DNA of 64,000 nt from Octopus bimaculoides (Eukaryota), in contig NC_068993.1 in the NCBI RefSeq assembly GCF_001194135.2, positions 61,332,793 through 61,396,792 on the forward strand, read 5' to 3'. Under the pieces are notes generated by a model. It was given only the letters and a program-made list of their open reading frames with translations, did not search any database and was not told the DNA's origin. The position numbers and the translations under genes were made by a program. This document shows, piece after piece, positions 62,050 to 64,000 of this stretch (the stretch's first letter is position 1; each line of letters opens with the position of its first letter).

Positions 62050-62272
62050 AATAATAATTTCAAATTTTGGCACAAGGCCAGCAATTTTTGGTGGGGAGGG
62101 ATTAAGTTGATTACATCAACCTCAGTGTTCAGCTGGTACTCATTTTATTGATCCTGGAAGAATGAAAAGCAAAGTTGACCTTGGTGGAATTTGAACTCAG
62201 AACATAAAGAGGGACGAACTGATGCTAAACATTTTGTCCAGAGTGCTAACAATTCTGTCAGCCTTTTGCCTT
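62050..62272 (-). mobile_element. SINE family B
   Basis: Reverse complement of B with an (AAT)n tail at left. Confidence 0.75.
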
Positions 62273-62277
62273 AAAAT

Positions 62278-62549
62278 CAGGGCTGTGGAGTCAAAACACA
62301 AATCTTTGACTTCGACTCCTCTATTATTGGCACTTCTGACTCTGACTCCTCTTTATGCAATGAAGTGATTGTGGTCTACATATCTCATATAACATATGCA
62401 TACACGCTTGTACTTTGAGTCGGCCTATACCTTATAACTGGTTTATATTAAAGAATAAAGATGTCGGAGTCGGTGTAGTTTTACCGACTCTGACTCCAGC
62501 TACCCCTTGTTTCTGAATCCATGACTCTAACCCCGACTCCACAGCCCTG
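62278..62549. mobile_element. hAT-type MITE
   Basis: TIRs CAGGGCTGTGGAGTC / GACTCCACAGCCCTG; 8-bp flanks CTTAAAAT and CTTAAAGC (6/8 match); internal GACTC(C/T) repeats. Confidence 0.8.
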
Positions 62550-62787
62550 CTTAAAGCTATAAATAATAGCATGTAGATAGATATTGGATTGAAAAGCCCC
62601 GTTGAGGCAGCCTTCCTCTTTTCCTATCCAAAAGGGTTTTTCAATCCAATATTTACTTGGTAACATATATAGCTCTATGTACTTCGAGATCCACTGCACC
62701 AACAACAAAAAAAAAAGTATTATCACATTTGTCTCAAAAGTTTATAAATTCTCATGTTTGAATATATTTTCTATCTCTTTCTTTTCT

Positions 62788-62833
<46 letters not shown>

Positions 62834-63589
62834 CTTTTTGAAGAATATGGACTGATAACGGAGTCTTTTTGTTTGTATATTTGTTTGTAGAGGTCTTTGA
62901 GGCAGTGTTGTCCATTTTTGGTTAGTATGCTGCACTGNNNNNNNNNNNNNNNNNNNNNNNNNNNNNNNNNNNNNNNNNNNNNNNNNNNNNNNNNNNNNNN
63001 NNNNNNNNNNNNNNNNNNNNNNNNNNNNNNNNNNNNNNNNNNNNNNNNNNNNNNNNNNNNNNNNNNNNNNNNNNNNNNNNNNNNNNNNNNNNNNNNNNNN
63101 NNNNNNNNNNNNNNNNNNNNNNNNNNNNNNNNNNNNNNNNNNNNNNNNNNNNNNNNNNNNNNNNNNNNNNNNNNNNNNNNNNNNNNNNNNNNNNNNNNNN
63201 NNNNNNNNNNNNNNNNNNNNNNNNNNNNNNNNNNNNNNNNNNNNNNNNNNNNNNNNNNNNNNNNNNNNNNNNNNNNNNNNNNNNNNNNNNNNNNNNNNNN
63301 NNNNNNNNNNNNNNNNNNNNNNNNNNNNNNNNNNNNNNNNNNNNNNNNNNNNNNNNNNNNNNNNNNNNNNNNNNNNNNNNNNGGTGTTTGAGTTGGTTGT
63401 AGTTGTAATGATGAAGGTACTAGAGGTGGTGGTGGTGGTGGTGGAGCCGCTAGAGTAAATGGTGGTGGTGGTGGTTGTGGATTGTTGTAGAGCTTACAGG
63501 TCAGAACTGATTGAACATGCTTATAATGCAAAACATTCCAACTGTGACCATCCCATCCGATCCCTTCTGTGTTTTTAGTATTCTCATTT

Positions 63590-63965
63590 GTCTTATACCT
63601 TTACTTGTTCCAGTCGTTAGACTGTGGCCATGCTGGGGCACTGCCTCAAAGAACTTCAGTCAAACAAATTGGTCCAGGGTACTTGTCCTTTTTTTGGTAA
63701 AGCCTGGTACTTATTCTATCGGTTGTCTTTTGTTGAACCGCTAAGTTACAGGGATATAAACAAACCAACACCAGTTGTCAAGTAGTGGTAGGGGACAAAC
63801 ATGCACACGCATACGCACACACACATACATGCACACAAGCACATGCATATGCACACGCACATGTGGACACACACACATGCACACACACACACATATGCAC
63901 ATGCATACACACAACGTGATGGGTTCCTTTCAGTTTCCGTCAACCAAATCCACTCACACAGCTTT
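63590..63965 (-). mobile_element. SINE family A
   Basis: Reverse complement of the A tail, microsatellite and core. Confidence 0.75.
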
Positions 63966-64000
63966 TACAAGTACAACAGAAACAGGAAGTAAGAGTGAGA

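Noticed and set aside
8760-63531. Long ORFs in the track made mostly of X (e.g. 8863-9687, 15158-16408, 37610-38341, 44076-44723, 62752-63531)
   Set aside because: They span N-gaps; there is no coding evidence.
197-63992. Numerous 60-190 aa ORFs rich in CV, YI, HT, SL, ER or poly-I/M/H
   Set aside because: They are translations of microsatellites, low-complexity tracts or SINE bodies.

Overview
Eukaryotic (animal) genomic DNA from a gappy draft assembly. It is AT-rich and dominated by microsatellites and short interspersed repeats. The repeat repertoire looks like an octopod/coleoid cephalopod (recognised from memory, not verified). Only one host coding segment is supported: a large + strand exon (ATG 28460 to GT donor 30451/30452, 664 codons) encoding a Ser/Pro/acidic, probably disordered protein I cannot name. 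No further exon was identified with confidence in the 33 kb downstream. The rest is intronic or intergenic. It contains four recurrent SINE-like families (my labels A, B, C, F), a Ty3/gypsy relic with an in-frame RT/RNaseH deletion, Penelope-like (PLE) linker and GIY-YIG fragments, RTE LINE RT fragments, Tc1, mariner, Tigger, hAT and piggyBac-like relics or MITEs, and several minisatellites. The most notable object is a 416-bp insertion (55926-56341) flanked by a 9-bp direct repeat. In it a tRNA-like Pol III head sits between two inverted ~145-bp arms, each carrying a minimal, dimer-type hammerhead ribozyme motif of the kind known from PLEs, so it is a candidate PLE-mobilised ribozyme-bearing SINE. 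Also notable: a tRNA-Glu/SINE chimera, a minisatellite ending in an RTE-type tail, an RFX X-box upstream of the coding exon, and a candidate promoter near 12.5 kb. All alignments and translations were done by eye; boundaries are approximate unless a TSD, TIR or splice site is cited.
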